Shown piece after piece: positions 29,322 through 38,951 of a stretch of DNA of 64,000 nt. A program made the translations under genes and the position numbers. Positions within the stretch are counted from its first letter, which is position 1; each line of letters begins with the position of its first letter. The DNA comes from an uncultured Acidobacteriota bacterium (GTDB taxonomy: Bacteria > Acidobacteriota > UBA6911 > RPQK01 > CBDAPI01), in NCBI GenBank assembly GCA_964569605.1, contig CAZMUJ010000071.1:12313-76312 (forward strand), given 5' to 3'. The notes under the pieces are model-generated. The model did no database searches, was not told the origin of the DNA, and worked only from the letters and a program-made list of their open reading frames with translations.

Positions 29322-31108
29322 GGAATAGTCTCCTGTTTCATAGCAGATCTGCTACTTCGAATGTATTCTTCGAACTCATCCCGAAATTTAGTGATGTAGG
29401 ATTGAACTGGCCATGCAGCGGCATCTGCAAAAACACATATTGTCTTGCCCTCCATATCTTTAGCGATGGCAAGAAGGTCATCCAAATCCCGCAGACGACC
29501 ATTCCCTCCGACAATGCGACGCATGATTCGATGGACCCATCCAGTGCCCTCACGGCAAGGTGAACATTGTCCACAAGATTCATCTGCGAAAAATCGAGCC
29601 GCAGAGTTAAGTGCCTCTACCATACAGGTACTCTCATCCATCACAATCACTCCCCCTGAACCAGCCATGCTACCTGCTGCAGCCAAGGAATCGAAATCCA
29701 TGGCCACATCGATTTCATCTGCAGTTAGAATCTTGGCTGAAATACCCCCTGGGATGACAGCCTTGAGCTTTTTGCCATCACGAACGCCACCGGCCTTTTC
29801 AATCAGTTTTTCCAGAGTTATGGATACTGGCTCCTCATAAACTCCAGGACAAGCAACATGCCCCGCTACACAGAACAGGCGGGTGCCTCCCTGTGAGGCC
29901 GTCCCAATGGTGGCAAAACGATCCGCTCCATTACGGAGAATAAAAGGGACACAAGCCAGTGTTTCTACGTTATTAACGATGGTGGGAGAGTCAAAAAGTC
30001 CTGAAATTGCAGGAAAGGGGGGCTTGAGCCTGGGAAAACCCTTTCCGCCCTCTAGGGAAGTGAGAAGTGCTGTCTCCTCTCCACAGATATATGCCCCTGC
30101 GCCCCTATGGATAACAATGTCCAGATCAAAACCGGTCTCCTGGATGTCTTTTCCCAACCAGTTTTCAGAATAAGCCTCATCTAGAGCACGCTGCAACCGT
30201 TTAGCCGAGCGAAAGTATTCACCACGAACATAGACATAGCCTTTTTGGCTACCAATGGCAAACGCAGCAATAATCATGCCTTCAATCAGAACATGCGGAT
30301 CACGTTCCATGATGTAACGATCTTTGAACGTGCCCGGCTCACCTTCATCCGCATTTGCCACAAGGTATTTTGCTTTTCCTGGCGCCTTAGGAACAAACGA
30401 CCATTTCCTGCCCGCGGGAAATCCTGCACCTCCAAGACCACGCAGGTTAGGCTTAGAAACTTCCTCAATTACTTTTTCTGGCGTCATAGAGGTCAGAACT
30501 TTCCTTGCCGCCATGTATCCACCATCAGCAATGTAGTCTTTTAGCCAAGTTCCCTTTGGGTTTTTAAAACGGGTAGAGAGCACTGGACCGTTAGTGGAAA
30601 TATATGGCATTGGTTCGGGTAGTGGCGAAGAATCTTCTGGGGGCTTGAGGGCCTCCCGAAGAACAAGCTCTAGGGTTTTACCTTTTAAAGGACCAATAAA
30701 GGTTTCATCGAGTTGGGCCATAGGTGACATTTCGCATGCACATAGACACTCTACTTCGGAGAGAGTAACTTCCCCTCCGGGGGTGGTCTCCCCCGGGCTA
30801 ATTCCCAAACTGTTTTGGATTTTGACTAAAACATCCGAAGCACCACGCAACAAACAGGGCAAACTCGTACACACCCGAAGCTCGCGACGGCCAACTGGCT
30901 TCATATGAAACATGCCATAAAAAGAGACCGCCTCATGTACCTGAGTCCGCGATACACCAAGGACTTTCCCCACCCAGACTTCTGCTTCTTGAGAGATATA
31001 CCCAAAGTTTTCCTGGACAAGCCATAACAACGGCAACATGGCTGCCTTACTTTTCTCATAACGCTTCAAAATCTCTTGGGCTTTGGACTGCAAATCGGAA
31101 ATTTTCAC
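29309..31108 (-). CDS. nuoEF: fused NuoE-NuoF (24 kDa 2Fe-2S subunit + 51 kDa FMN/NADH subunit)
   Basis: N-terminal roughly 165 aa carry NuoE Cys ligands (CTSLPC ... CLCAC). The remainder carries NuoF motifs GLGGAGFPAGRKW and ESCGQCSPCREG. It is a single 599-aa ORF with no internal stop. Confidence 0.85.
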   Translation of the reverse strand: MKISDLQSKAQEILKRYEKSKAAMLPLLWLVQENFGYISQEAEVWVGKVLGVSRTQVHEAVSFYGMFHMKPVGRRELRVCTSLPCLLRGASDVLVKIQNSLGISPGETTPGGEVTLSEVECLCACEMSPMAQLDETFIGPLKGKTLELVLREALKPPEDSSPLPEPMPYISTNGPVLSTRFKNPKGTWLKDYIADGGYMAARKVLTSMTPEKVIEEVSKPNLRGLGGAGFPAGRKWSFVPKAPGKAKYLVANADEGEPGTFKDRYIMERDPHVLIEGMIIAAFAIGSQKGYVYVRGEYFRSAKRLQRALDEAYSENWLGKDIQETGFDLDIVIHRGAGAYICGEETALLTSLEGGKGFPRLKPPFPAISGLFDSPTIVNNVETLACVPFILRNGADRFATIGTASQGGTRLFCVAGHVACPGVYEEPVSITLEKLIEKAGGVRDGKKLKAVIPGGISAKILTADEIDVAMDFDSLAAAGSMAGSGGVIVMDESTCMVEALNSAARFFADESCGQCSPCREGTGWVHRIMRRIVGGNGRLRDLDDLLAIAKDMEGKTICVFADAAAWPVQSYITKFRDEFEEYIRSSRSAMKQETIPCLD

Positions 31109-32481
31109 CGGTCGAGCTCTCCACCAATCATATTGACTGACCCAAAAGTTGGGACTAAATCTGCGAGCATGTCACCGACTAAAAGCTTGGGTAAAGCCGA
31201 CATAATTGCGAAACAAGGCGGCCGAACTCTAACCCTATAAGCACGGCTAGTCCCATCACTTACAACGTAGAAGCCTAGTTCCCCATTCGCCCCTTCCACT
31301 GGAAAATATACCTCTCCTTTGGGAGGGCTGAGACCATGACCATACATAACCAGTTTAAAGTGGTGCATTAATCCCTCAATGTTGCCATAAGTGTCTTCTT
31401 TAGGAGGCAGAAAGGCTCTCTTTTCGTCAGTAGCTATAGAAGGATGTTGGGAGCGGCCAGAACCTTCAAGCGTTGGAGCAACCACAGCATTTCCGTCCGA
31501 TATAGCAGCTATGTTGCCGATCTTTGCCAGATCCACCATCTCTGCAGCGGGGATGGGCTTTCCTGTTTCAGGGTGGACCTGTAGTGGCCCAGCTGGGATA
31601 TCCTGAAGTGCCATCTCCACAATTCGCATTGACTGCTCCATTTCCTCCATACGCACCAGATATCGATCCATGTTATCCCCTTGGGTCCCAATAGGAACTT
31701 CAAAAGGAATCCGGTCATAAACAGCATAAGGACAATCCTTACGTACATCATAGTTTGCGCCACTTGCACGAAGAAAAGGTCCAGTTATCCCATAGGAAAT
31801 AGCGTCCTCTGCCGAGATGATACCAGTTCCATTCATTCGATCTGTAAAGATCCGATTGCGAGTGAGAAGGCCGGATGCCTCATCCAGAACTTTCCGGGTT
31901 TCCTTGAATGCCTTTTGGCAAGCCTCTGAAAACTCCTCTGGAAGATCAGCCTTCACACCACCTACGCGGCAGTAGCTAACCGTCAGACGGGCACCAGATA
32001 CCATCTCAACCAACTCCCAAAGATATTCCCGGGCCTTAATCATGTAGAGAAACACACTGAAAGCACCCAGTTCCATGGCAGTAGCCCCCACACACGTAAG
32101 ATGGTCCGAGATTCGGGAAATCTCTGAGAGAATGACCCTTATGTAGTGACAACGTTCCGGAACTGAAATTCCCAAAAGTTTCTCAATGGTCATACAATAG
32201 CCCATGTTGTTAATGAGTGGAGAAACGTAGTTGAGGCGGTCTGTGTAAGGAATCACACCATTGTAGTCCACTACTTCTGCCATCTTCTCAAAGCCACGGT
32301 GAAGATAACCAATTTCCACATCAGTATTTTGAATCTTTTCGCCATCGAGCCCTGCCACAATCCTAACAATCCCATGCATTGCTGGGTGTGCGGGCCCTAT
32401 GTTAAGCATCATATCCCGCGTCTCAAGATCTGTTGCAGAACTTTGTGCGGTTTCCCTAGGTGAGTCTGAATCTAAAGTCAT
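31105..32481 (-). CDS. nuoD: NADH-quinone oxidoreductase subunit D (49 kDa)
   Basis: 458-aa ORF resembling NuoD (49 kDa subunit). It has an N-terminal extension of about 25-45 aa before the conserved NIGPAHPAMHG block, and its stop overlaps the nuoEF start. Confidence 0.9.
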   Translation of the reverse strand: MTLDSDSPRETAQSSATDLETRDMMLNIGPAHPAMHGIVRIVAGLDGEKIQNTDVEIGYLHRGFEKMAEVVDYNGVIPYTDRLNYVSPLINNMGYCMTIEKLLGISVPERCHYIRVILSEISRISDHLTCVGATAMELGAFSVFLYMIKAREYLWELVEMVSGARLTVSYCRVGGVKADLPEEFSEACQKAFKETRKVLDEASGLLTRNRIFTDRMNGTGIISAEDAISYGITGPFLRASGANYDVRKDCPYAVYDRIPFEVPIGTQGDNMDRYLVRMEEMEQSMRIVEMALQDIPAGPLQVHPETGKPIPAAEMVDLAKIGNIAAISDGNAVVAPTLEGSGRSQHPSIATDEKRAFLPPKEDTYGNIEGLMHHFKLVMYGHGLSPPKGEVYFPVEGANGELGFYVVSDGTSRAYRVRVRPPCFAIMSALPKLLVGDMLADLVPTFGSVNMIGGELDR

Positions 32482-32520
32482 AGGGTTTTAAAAAGACAGA
32501 AACAAGTAATGTAGGAACTT

Positions 32521-33105
32521 TCATGAATCTAGCGGGCCAATCAAGGGCTGCCGTTTGTTGACTGGGTAGTTTTTTCGTAATGGGTGACCTTCAAATTCAT
32601 CGTACATCAAAATACGCCTGAGATCAGGATGTCCTCGAAATTCAATTCCAAACATATCCCAAACCTCACGCTCTAGCCAGTTCGCTCCAGCCCAAAGCTT
32701 GGTCAGCGAATCCAGTTTGGGTTCTTGTTCTTCCACTGGAACAACAAGTCGGAGTCGATGTTTGTACTTTAGAGAGTAAAAGTGATAAACAACAGCGAAG
32801 CGGGCCTCGGTTGGTGGTCCAGGCCATGGGTCTTCATCCATTATTTGGGTTAAAGGGGCCACTCCTACACCAGAAGAGGCAAAAAAAGCAGGTTTGTTAA
32901 CCTTGCCATAAGTAGAATAGTCTACAGCTGTCAAATCCATGAGAAAATTCATTTGCAGAGCTTTATCCTGTTTAAGGAAGTTTGCAACCGGGAGAAGAAA
33001 GCTTCCCTGCAAAACTACGGTTGCATCACCTCGGTAGAAATGAAAGGCCAATATCGAATCAGGAAAACTCTTGTTAATAGTATCGATTAAAGTAGAGTTT
33101 TTCAT
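32521..33105 (-). CDS. nuoC: NADH-quinone oxidoreductase subunit C (30 kDa)
   Basis: 194-aa NuoC-like protein, 4-nt overlap with nuoB. Confidence 0.8.
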   Translation of the reverse strand: MKNSTLIDTINKSFPDSILAFHFYRGDATVVLQGSFLLPVANFLKQDKALQMNFLMDLTAVDYSTYGKVNKPAFFASSGVGVAPLTQIMDEDPWPGPPTEARFAVVYHFYSLKYKHRLRLVVPVEEQEPKLDSLTKLWAGANWLEREVWDMFGIEFRGHPDLRRILMYDEFEGHPLRKNYPVNKRQPLIGPLDS

Positions 33106-33647
33106 TTTTTGAAGATTTCTGGCCGATTTTCAGGTGATGGACGCTCACTTGTTGTGTGCTCCATTTGAATTTTTTCCTGCAGTTTCATTAGTCCATCAAG
33201 AACATTTTCCGGTCTTGGAGGGCAACCTGGAATGTAAACATCCACAGGTAAGATTGTGTCTATGCCCATCACCGTTGCGTAGTTGTCATAGAAACCACCC
33301 GTACATGTACAGACTCCAAAAGCTACGACCCATTTTGGCTCAGCCATCTGATCGTGGATTCGTTTCAAGATTGGTGCCATTTTGTGACTAATAGTACCAA
33401 CTACAAAAAGAACGTCAGCCTGACGAGGAGAAAATCTTGGAAGACCAGCTCCAAAGCGATCGACGTCGTAGTGGGAACAAGCTGTGGCCATATATTCCAT
33501 TCCACAGCACGCTGTAACAAATGGGTACTGAAAAATGGAGAATTTTCTGGCCCATCCAAGAGCCTCTTCAAAACGACTAGTCACAAATAACTTATTATCT
33601 AGCATCTTATTGCCATTCCAGTGCACGGTTGACCCAAGCGTAAACAA
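33102..33647 (-). CDS. nuoB: NADH-quinone oxidoreductase subunit B (20 kDa, N2 cluster)
   Basis: Motifs CCGMEYMA and GCPPRPE. Confidence 0.9.
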   Translation of the reverse strand: MFTLGSTVHWNGNKMLDNKLFVTSRFEEALGWARKFSIFQYPFVTACCGMEYMATACSHYDVDRFGAGLPRFSPRQADVLFVVGTISHKMAPILKRIHDQMAEPKWVVAFGVCTCTGGFYDNYATVMGIDTILPVDVYIPGCPPRPENVLDGLMKLQEKIQMEHTTSERPSPENRPEIFKK

Positions 33648-33960
33648 AACCTACCATTAGAACCCCAAGGAAAATACCCATTTCCACTAAACCCAACACT
33701 CCGAGCTGACGGTAGACAACGGCCCAAGGGTAGAGGAAAACAAGTTCAACATCGAACAAAATGAACAAAATGGCTGTGAGGTAGAACTTGATAGCCAGCT
33801 TTCCACCGGGAAGAGCAAAAGGGGTTTTCCCACATTCAAAAGGCTCTAACTTCACCACAGAGGGATTTTTTTTGCCCAGTGTAGAAGCCAAAAATATCAT
33901 TAGCCCAGTAATCCCTCCGGCCAAAACAAAAGCCACTACAATACCAAGATACTCAGTCAT
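33607..33960 (-). CDS. nuoA: NADH-quinone oxidoreductase subunit A
   Basis: 117-aa three-TM protein with a NuoA-like FDVELVFLYPW motif. Confidence 0.8.
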   Translation of the reverse strand: MTEYLGIVVAFVLAGGITGLMIFLASTLGKKNPSVVKLEPFECGKTPFALPGGKLAIKFYLTAILFILFDVELVFLYPWAVVYRQLGVLGLVEMGIFLGVLMVGFVYAWVNRALEWQ

Positions 33961-34050
33961 AGGATTTCCTTCGTCTCAATTATACACAGTACAAAAAACG
34001 CACTGGATTCTTTGCCCTCCAAGTTTTACGATTGAAATATTGAGTCTTTG

Positions 34051-35472
34051 TCATGGTGCCACTGTCCAAGACATTAGACTGCCCGGAAAAACACCACCAA
34101 TCACAGTAACCAGAGCAGCCAATACTAGAGCGAAAGATACCGCAAAAGAGTAGCTCTGAGGCTCCACATCATGAGCTTTGTGCATATACATCAAGACTCC
34201 AATTCTCAAATAGACAAAGGCTGAAATCACACTGCAAACTACTGCTAGAACAGCCAGGGAAAGATAACCCTCTCGTACAACGCTGAGGATGACACCAAAC
34301 TTTGCGGAGAAACCGGCCGTCGGTGGAATTCCTGTCAGAGACAAGAGAAAAAGCATCATCAAAGCTGCGATGCCTGGCCGCTGTTCCGCTAAACCCCGGA
34401 AACCCTTAAGAGTTTCGCCTCGCGAACCCAGTGCAATAACAATCCCAAAAGCACCTAGTGTCATAAATACATATAGAAAAGCATAGACCATAGTGGAAGA
34501 AATGCCTTCGGGGGTCCCTGAAATGAGCCCCAAAAGAGCATACCCTGCATGTGAGATTGAGGAATATGCAAGCAATCGTTTCATATTGGTCTGTGCAAGA
34601 ATAACGAAGCTCCCAAAGACGATAGATAGAGCAGCAATCACTGCAAGGATCAAAGCAAGGACATCGGCTTCAGAAACAAACGCGATTAAGCTGATCCGAC
34701 CTAGAACTGCTAGACCAGAAACTTTTGCTGCAGTCGCTAAAAATGCAGCGACCGGAACGCTCGCACCCTGGTAGGCGTCTGGGGCCCAGGCGTGAAAAGG
34801 AACCGCTGCAATCTTAAAGGTAAGTCCAGCAACCAACAAGCCAATCCCAACCAGAAGTATTGGATTACTGCCCAAATTCTCCTTGGACAGAGTTTCAGCA
34901 ATTTCTGTAAATGCGGTAGAGCCCGTCGTTCCGTAGACAAGAGCAATGCCATAAAGAAGAAAAGCTGAGGCAAAAGACGCAACAAGAAAATACTTAATAG
35001 CAGCCTCATTTGATCGCCGCTTCTCCACCGTGATACCGACCAAACTATAGGAGCACAGTGTCATCAACTCCAGACCCAAATATAAAGTCAAGAGATCCAA
35101 GGCTGAGACTGCAAACATCATTCCTATTGACGCTAAAAGAAGTAACGCATGGTACTCAGCAAACCGAAAACGCATTGTTCCGACAGGCCTGACAGAAAGA
35201 ATTATGACTAGGGCAAGTGCCACTGTAATTAAAACCTTAAAAAATTGGGAGTAACTATCTACGACAATCATGCCCCCAAACCCAGTTTGGGAACTCGGGG
35301 TCAGTACCCATCCTGAAGCCAAACCAGCAGCCAGCACTGAAAAAACAGCTAGCAAAGAGATTTGAGGGAGGTTCTGAATTCGGTGCCCTACAAGAAGAAA
35401 AATAAAGGAAAAAATGCAGAGAATTAACTCCGGCCAGATTAAGGTTAAATCTGAAAGACTCGCTACGTTCAC
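34051..35472 (-). CDS. nuoN: NADH-quinone oxidoreductase subunit N (antiporter-like)
   Basis: 473-aa antiporter-like protein with a NuoN-type motif WAPDAYQGASVPVAAFLATAAK. Confidence 0.75.
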   Translation of the reverse strand: MNVASLSDLTLIWPELILCIFSFIFLLVGHRIQNLPQISLLAVFSVLAAGLASGWVLTPSSQTGFGGMIVVDSYSQFFKVLITVALALVIILSVRPVGTMRFRFAEYHALLLLASIGMMFAVSALDLLTLYLGLELMTLCSYSLVGITVEKRRSNEAAIKYFLVASFASAFLLYGIALVYGTTGSTAFTEIAETLSKENLGSNPILLVGIGLLVAGLTFKIAAVPFHAWAPDAYQGASVPVAAFLATAAKVSGLAVLGRISLIAFVSEADVLALILAVIAALSIVFGSFVILAQTNMKRLLAYSSISHAGYALLGLISGTPEGISSTMVYAFLYVFMTLGAFGIVIALGSRGETLKGFRGLAEQRPGIAALMMLFLLSLTGIPPTAGFSAKFGVILSVVREGYLSLAVLAVVCSVISAFVYLRIGVLMYMHKAHDVEPQSYSFAVSFALVLAALVTVIGGVFPGSLMSWTVAP

Positions 35473-36932
35473 GGGGTGACTCCTCCAGCCAAAAGTTCTG
35501 CTACAGGAGCATGAAGATACGAAAGCACAAGTTCAGGGTAGAGCCCAAGACACAAGGCTAGTAAGACGAGAGGGGTAAGAGTAGCCACTTCACGAATGCT
35601 GAGCTCAAGTTGCAGACTTTCTAGTCCAGGATTAGTCTTTCCCATAACCATTCGATAAAAAAGCCAAACCAAGTAAGCAGTTCCGAGTACCACTCCCCAG
35701 ACAGCCATCACCCCTAACCATACTCTAGTTTGGAAAGCACTACTGATAATCAGAAACTCACCTACGAAGGCATTCAAGCCTGGGAATCCAGTCGCTGCTA
35801 GGCAAAAAAATGCTAGAAAAGAAGAATAGACCGGTGCCGCCCTGCCAACCCCCCCGTAGTCCTTAATTTCACGCGAGTGAGTACGTTCGTATATCATGCC
35901 TACACATAGGAAAAGCCCTGCAGAAAGAATACCGTGGTTGATCATCTGCAAGATCGCTCCTTCCACTCCACTCTGATTAAGAGTAAATATTCCCAGGGTT
36001 ACAAATCCCATGTGGCTTATGCTCGAAAAAGCAATAAGTCGTTTGACATCGGTTTGGACCAGTGTGACATAGGCCCCATAGACAATAGCCACCGCTGAAA
36101 TGAAAAGCATGGGCGTAAGGAATATTTGCACTGCCTCGGGCAAAATAGGAAGTGAAATCCTAAGAAATCCGTAGGCTCCCATCTTAAGAAGAATGCCAGC
36201 TAAAATAACACTTCCTGCCGTCGGGGCTTCTGTATGTGCATCCGGGAGCCAGGTGTGCACCGGAAACATTGGAACCTTAACAGCAAATGCTGCCAAAAAG
36301 GCCACAAAAAGCCAGACTTGGAAGCTGGGCTGAAGCTGGAAAGAACTTAGAGCCTTGAAGTCCAGAGTTCCACAATTATGATAGAGAGCGATCATGCCCA
36401 CTAACATCAAAACACTTCCTGCCAGTGTAAAAATCAAGAACTTGACTGCTGCATAGACTCGTCCCAAGCCTCCCCAAATACCAATAAGAAGAAAAAGAGG
36501 CACGATCATCAGTTCCCAAAAGATGAAAAAGAGAAACAAATTTGTGGCAGCAAAGAGCCCAACCATTGCGGTTTCAGCAACTAGAAGCGCAGCATAAAAC
36601 TCCTTGGTTCTGGTTTGCACTGCTGTCCATGAGCCACACACACAAAGAATGCTCAAAACAGTTGCGAGAAAAATAAATGGAAGACTAATACCATCCACTC
36701 CCATGCCATAGGAAACATTCCAATTCGGAATCCACTCTGCCATCTCAATGAATTGAAGTGCACTAGAGGATTTCTCAAAGCTCCAATAAAGAGGTGTTGA
36801 GAGCGTCAATGTCAATAAGGTCGTGCCCAATGCAATCCAGCGTGTATATCGTTCGTGGGCAACGAACAGAATTATCAAAGCCCCTAAAAATGGCAGAAAG
36901 GTTGTAACCGTTAGAACAGGATAGTCTGTCAT
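35469..36932 (-). CDS. nuoM: NADH-quinone oxidoreductase subunit M (antiporter-like)
   Basis: NuoM-type motif WLPDAHTEAPTAGSVILAGILLK. Start trimmed to MTDYPV so that ATG overlaps the upstream stop as ATGA. Confidence 0.75.
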   Translation of the reverse strand: MTDYPVLTVTTFLPFLGALIILFVAHERYTRWIALGTTLLTLTLSTPLYWSFEKSSSALQFIEMAEWIPNWNVSYGMGVDGISLPFIFLATVLSILCVCGSWTAVQTRTKEFYAALLVAETAMVGLFAATNLFLFFIFWELMIVPLFLLIGIWGGLGRVYAAVKFLIFTLAGSVLMLVGMIALYHNCGTLDFKALSSFQLQPSFQVWLFVAFLAAFAVKVPMFPVHTWLPDAHTEAPTAGSVILAGILLKMGAYGFLRISLPILPEAVQIFLTPMLFISAVAIVYGAYVTLVQTDVKRLIAFSSISHMGFVTLGIFTLNQSGVEGAILQMINHGILSAGLFLCVGMIYERTHSREIKDYGGVGRAAPVYSSFLAFFCLAATGFPGLNAFVGEFLIISSAFQTRVWLGVMAVWGVVLGTAYLVWLFYRMVMGKTNPGLESLQLELSIREVATLTPLVLLALCLGLYPELVLSYLHAPVAELLAGGVTP

Positions 36933-38698
36933 GATGATCTGATAACCAGTAAAGCACAAAGCGCGAGAACCGCTACTGCCATGATCAACCCATAGTGCTG
37001 AGCATTCCCACTCGCTGTGGTTCTCAGTGCCTGACTGAGAATCTGGGCTAGACGACCTACGCCTAGCATTGTTGAATCGACGACTCGTGTATCAAAATTG
37101 CGTAGGAAGTTGGCTACTCCTAACATGGGAGTTTTGATTAAACATTCATAGAATTCAGCTACATATCTAGACTCTAGACGTTCCAAAGGGCCCCGTATAA
37201 CCTTCATCGCACCCTCCGCTCCACGACGGTAAAACCAATCCGTATCGAGACTAATTTTTGGCTCTGGATCTAAATGCTTTAACAGTAGAAAAAACCCTAA
37301 TGCTGTAAATCCAAGCATAGCCAAGGTGCTAGTGATATGTTGCAGGGTGTAAGGAACATAATAAACAGAGTGTGGAAGGTGTTGGTAAAGTAATCCTGGA
37401 AAAACCCCAATCAATACACAGCCCAGTGCCGCCAGGCCCATGGCAATAATCATGTTTTTAGGCGGTTCTTCAGCGCGTAGGCCTGAGTCCTTTCCGAAGA
37501 ACATATAGTAGGGAAGCTTTAGGCCCGTGTGTAAAAATGTCCCCGCTGACGCCAAAGTTAACATGAGAAAAATCCATCCCAGATGAGCTTCAGCAGCAGC
37601 AGTCACTACCATAGACTTACTGACAAATCCACTGAAAAAAGGCATTGCTGAAATAGCAAAGGCTCCCACCATATAGAGTCCGAGTGTAATGGGCATAGTC
37701 CGGTACAACCCCCCCATATCACTGAGTTTTCGAAAATGGGTCATCTCCAAAACGGCTCCAACTCCCATAAAGAGAAGAGCCTTGTAAAGAATATGTGCAA
37801 AAGCATGCGCGGTAGCACCGTTCAAAGCTAGAGAGCTTCCAATGCCTACGCCGCAAACCATGTAACCAACCTGGCTAATGATATGGTATGCCAATAGACG
37901 CCGTGCGTCGTTTTCCAAAACGGCATAGACGACGCCGTAAATAGCCATTATGGCTCCTGCCCATATCAATAGTTCAGTGCCTGCAAATCCTCGAATCAAA
38001 GCATATACCGAAGATTTAGTAGTAAAGGCAGTCATAAAAACCGCACCGGTAACTGTTGCCTCTGGATAAGCATCCGGAAGCCACGCTCCAAGAGGTGGAA
38101 CAGCGGCGTTTATGAGAAAAGCAAGAAGTATTAGGGTCCAGGCCGGACCCCAAGAAAAAGCCTCCATGTCCTCAAAGACAATGGATCCTGTTTGAGACCA
38201 CTGGACTACAATTCCTGCAAGGAGAAGTAGACCACCAAACAAGTGGATTAACAGGTAACGAAAACCGGCTTTTACGGCGTTAGGTTTGCGACGCAACCAC
38301 AGAAGAAGAACTGAAGAGATTGCCATGAGTTCCCAAAATAGGAGAAGGGAAAGAAGGTCTCCAGCAAACGTAACACCGAGGGCACTACCTGCATAGGTTA
38401 AGGCCGTCACGTGCTGAGCAACTTGCTTAACATGTAGTGCATATATTATCCCCAAAAGAGTCATAATCGAGAAAATATAGGAAAAAACAAGGCTCAATTG
38501 GTCCACCCGGCCAAATACGAGATCTTGGCCAAGAAAATGTACCTGGCCATATATGCCCGGTGTCATTCGGAAGCAAGCGATTAGAGCAACGGCAGGCAGA
38601 AATAGCAATGCATACCTTCTCAGCCGACCTTTAAGCACGGGCAGGGCCCAAGCACCGAAAATAAGTAGTAATCCGGGATGAACCCACTCAAGAGTCAT
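36929..38698 (-). CDS. nuoL: NuoL-like antiporter subunit with C-terminal TM + long amphipathic helix + terminal TM
   Basis: 589-aa protein. N-terminal region is NuoL/MrpA-like. The C-terminal architecture (TM, about 100-aa amphipathic segment, final TM) matches the NuoL horizontal helix. The core motif is WLPDAYPEATVTGAVFMTAFTTK. Confidence 0.65.
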   Translation of the reverse strand: MTLEWVHPGLLLIFGAWALPVLKGRLRRYALLFLPAVALIACFRMTPGIYGQVHFLGQDLVFGRVDQLSLVFSYIFSIMTLLGIIYALHVKQVAQHVTALTYAGSALGVTFAGDLLSLLLFWELMAISSVLLLWLRRKPNAVKAGFRYLLIHLFGGLLLLAGIVVQWSQTGSIVFEDMEAFSWGPAWTLILLAFLINAAVPPLGAWLPDAYPEATVTGAVFMTAFTTKSSVYALIRGFAGTELLIWAGAIMAIYGVVYAVLENDARRLLAYHIISQVGYMVCGVGIGSSLALNGATAHAFAHILYKALLFMGVGAVLEMTHFRKLSDMGGLYRTMPITLGLYMVGAFAISAMPFFSGFVSKSMVVTAAAEAHLGWIFLMLTLASAGTFLHTGLKLPYYMFFGKDSGLRAEEPPKNMIIAMGLAALGCVLIGVFPGLLYQHLPHSVYYVPYTLQHITSTLAMLGFTALGFFLLLKHLDPEPKISLDTDWFYRRGAEGAMKVIRGPLERLESRYVAEFYECLIKTPMLGVANFLRNFDTRVVDSTMLGVGRLAQILSQALRTTASGNAQHYGLIMAVAVLALCALLVIRSS

Positions 38699-38951
38699 AA
38701 TATTCTTCCCGGCGCAGGAGCAAAGCTTTTCCTATTAATTTGGATACAACTATTATCACCATACAAGAAAACAATCCGTAAATAGCTCCCCAGCCTGGCA
38801 AGTCTTCAAACCAGAAATGGCCGTGAACACCGTGAAACAAACGAGGCAAAATAATTTCTCCAACTGCCACAAACACAAGGCCGACATAAAACCAAAACTT
38901 AAGATGTGCCAAACGGAATTGGTTCCTAAAAAAGTTTTTCGGTAACTTCAT
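38688..38951 (-). CDS. small two-TM membrane protein embedded in nuo cluster
   Basis: 87-aa ORF with two hydrophobic helices. It has 4-nt overlaps with the upstream antiporter-like gene and 11-nt overlap with the nuoL start, which suggests translational coupling. Confidence 0.45.
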   Translation of the reverse strand: MKLPKNFFRNQFRLAHLKFWFYVGLVFVAVGEIILPRLFHGVHGHFWFEDLPGWGAIYGLFSCMVIIVVSKLIGKALLLRREEYYDS

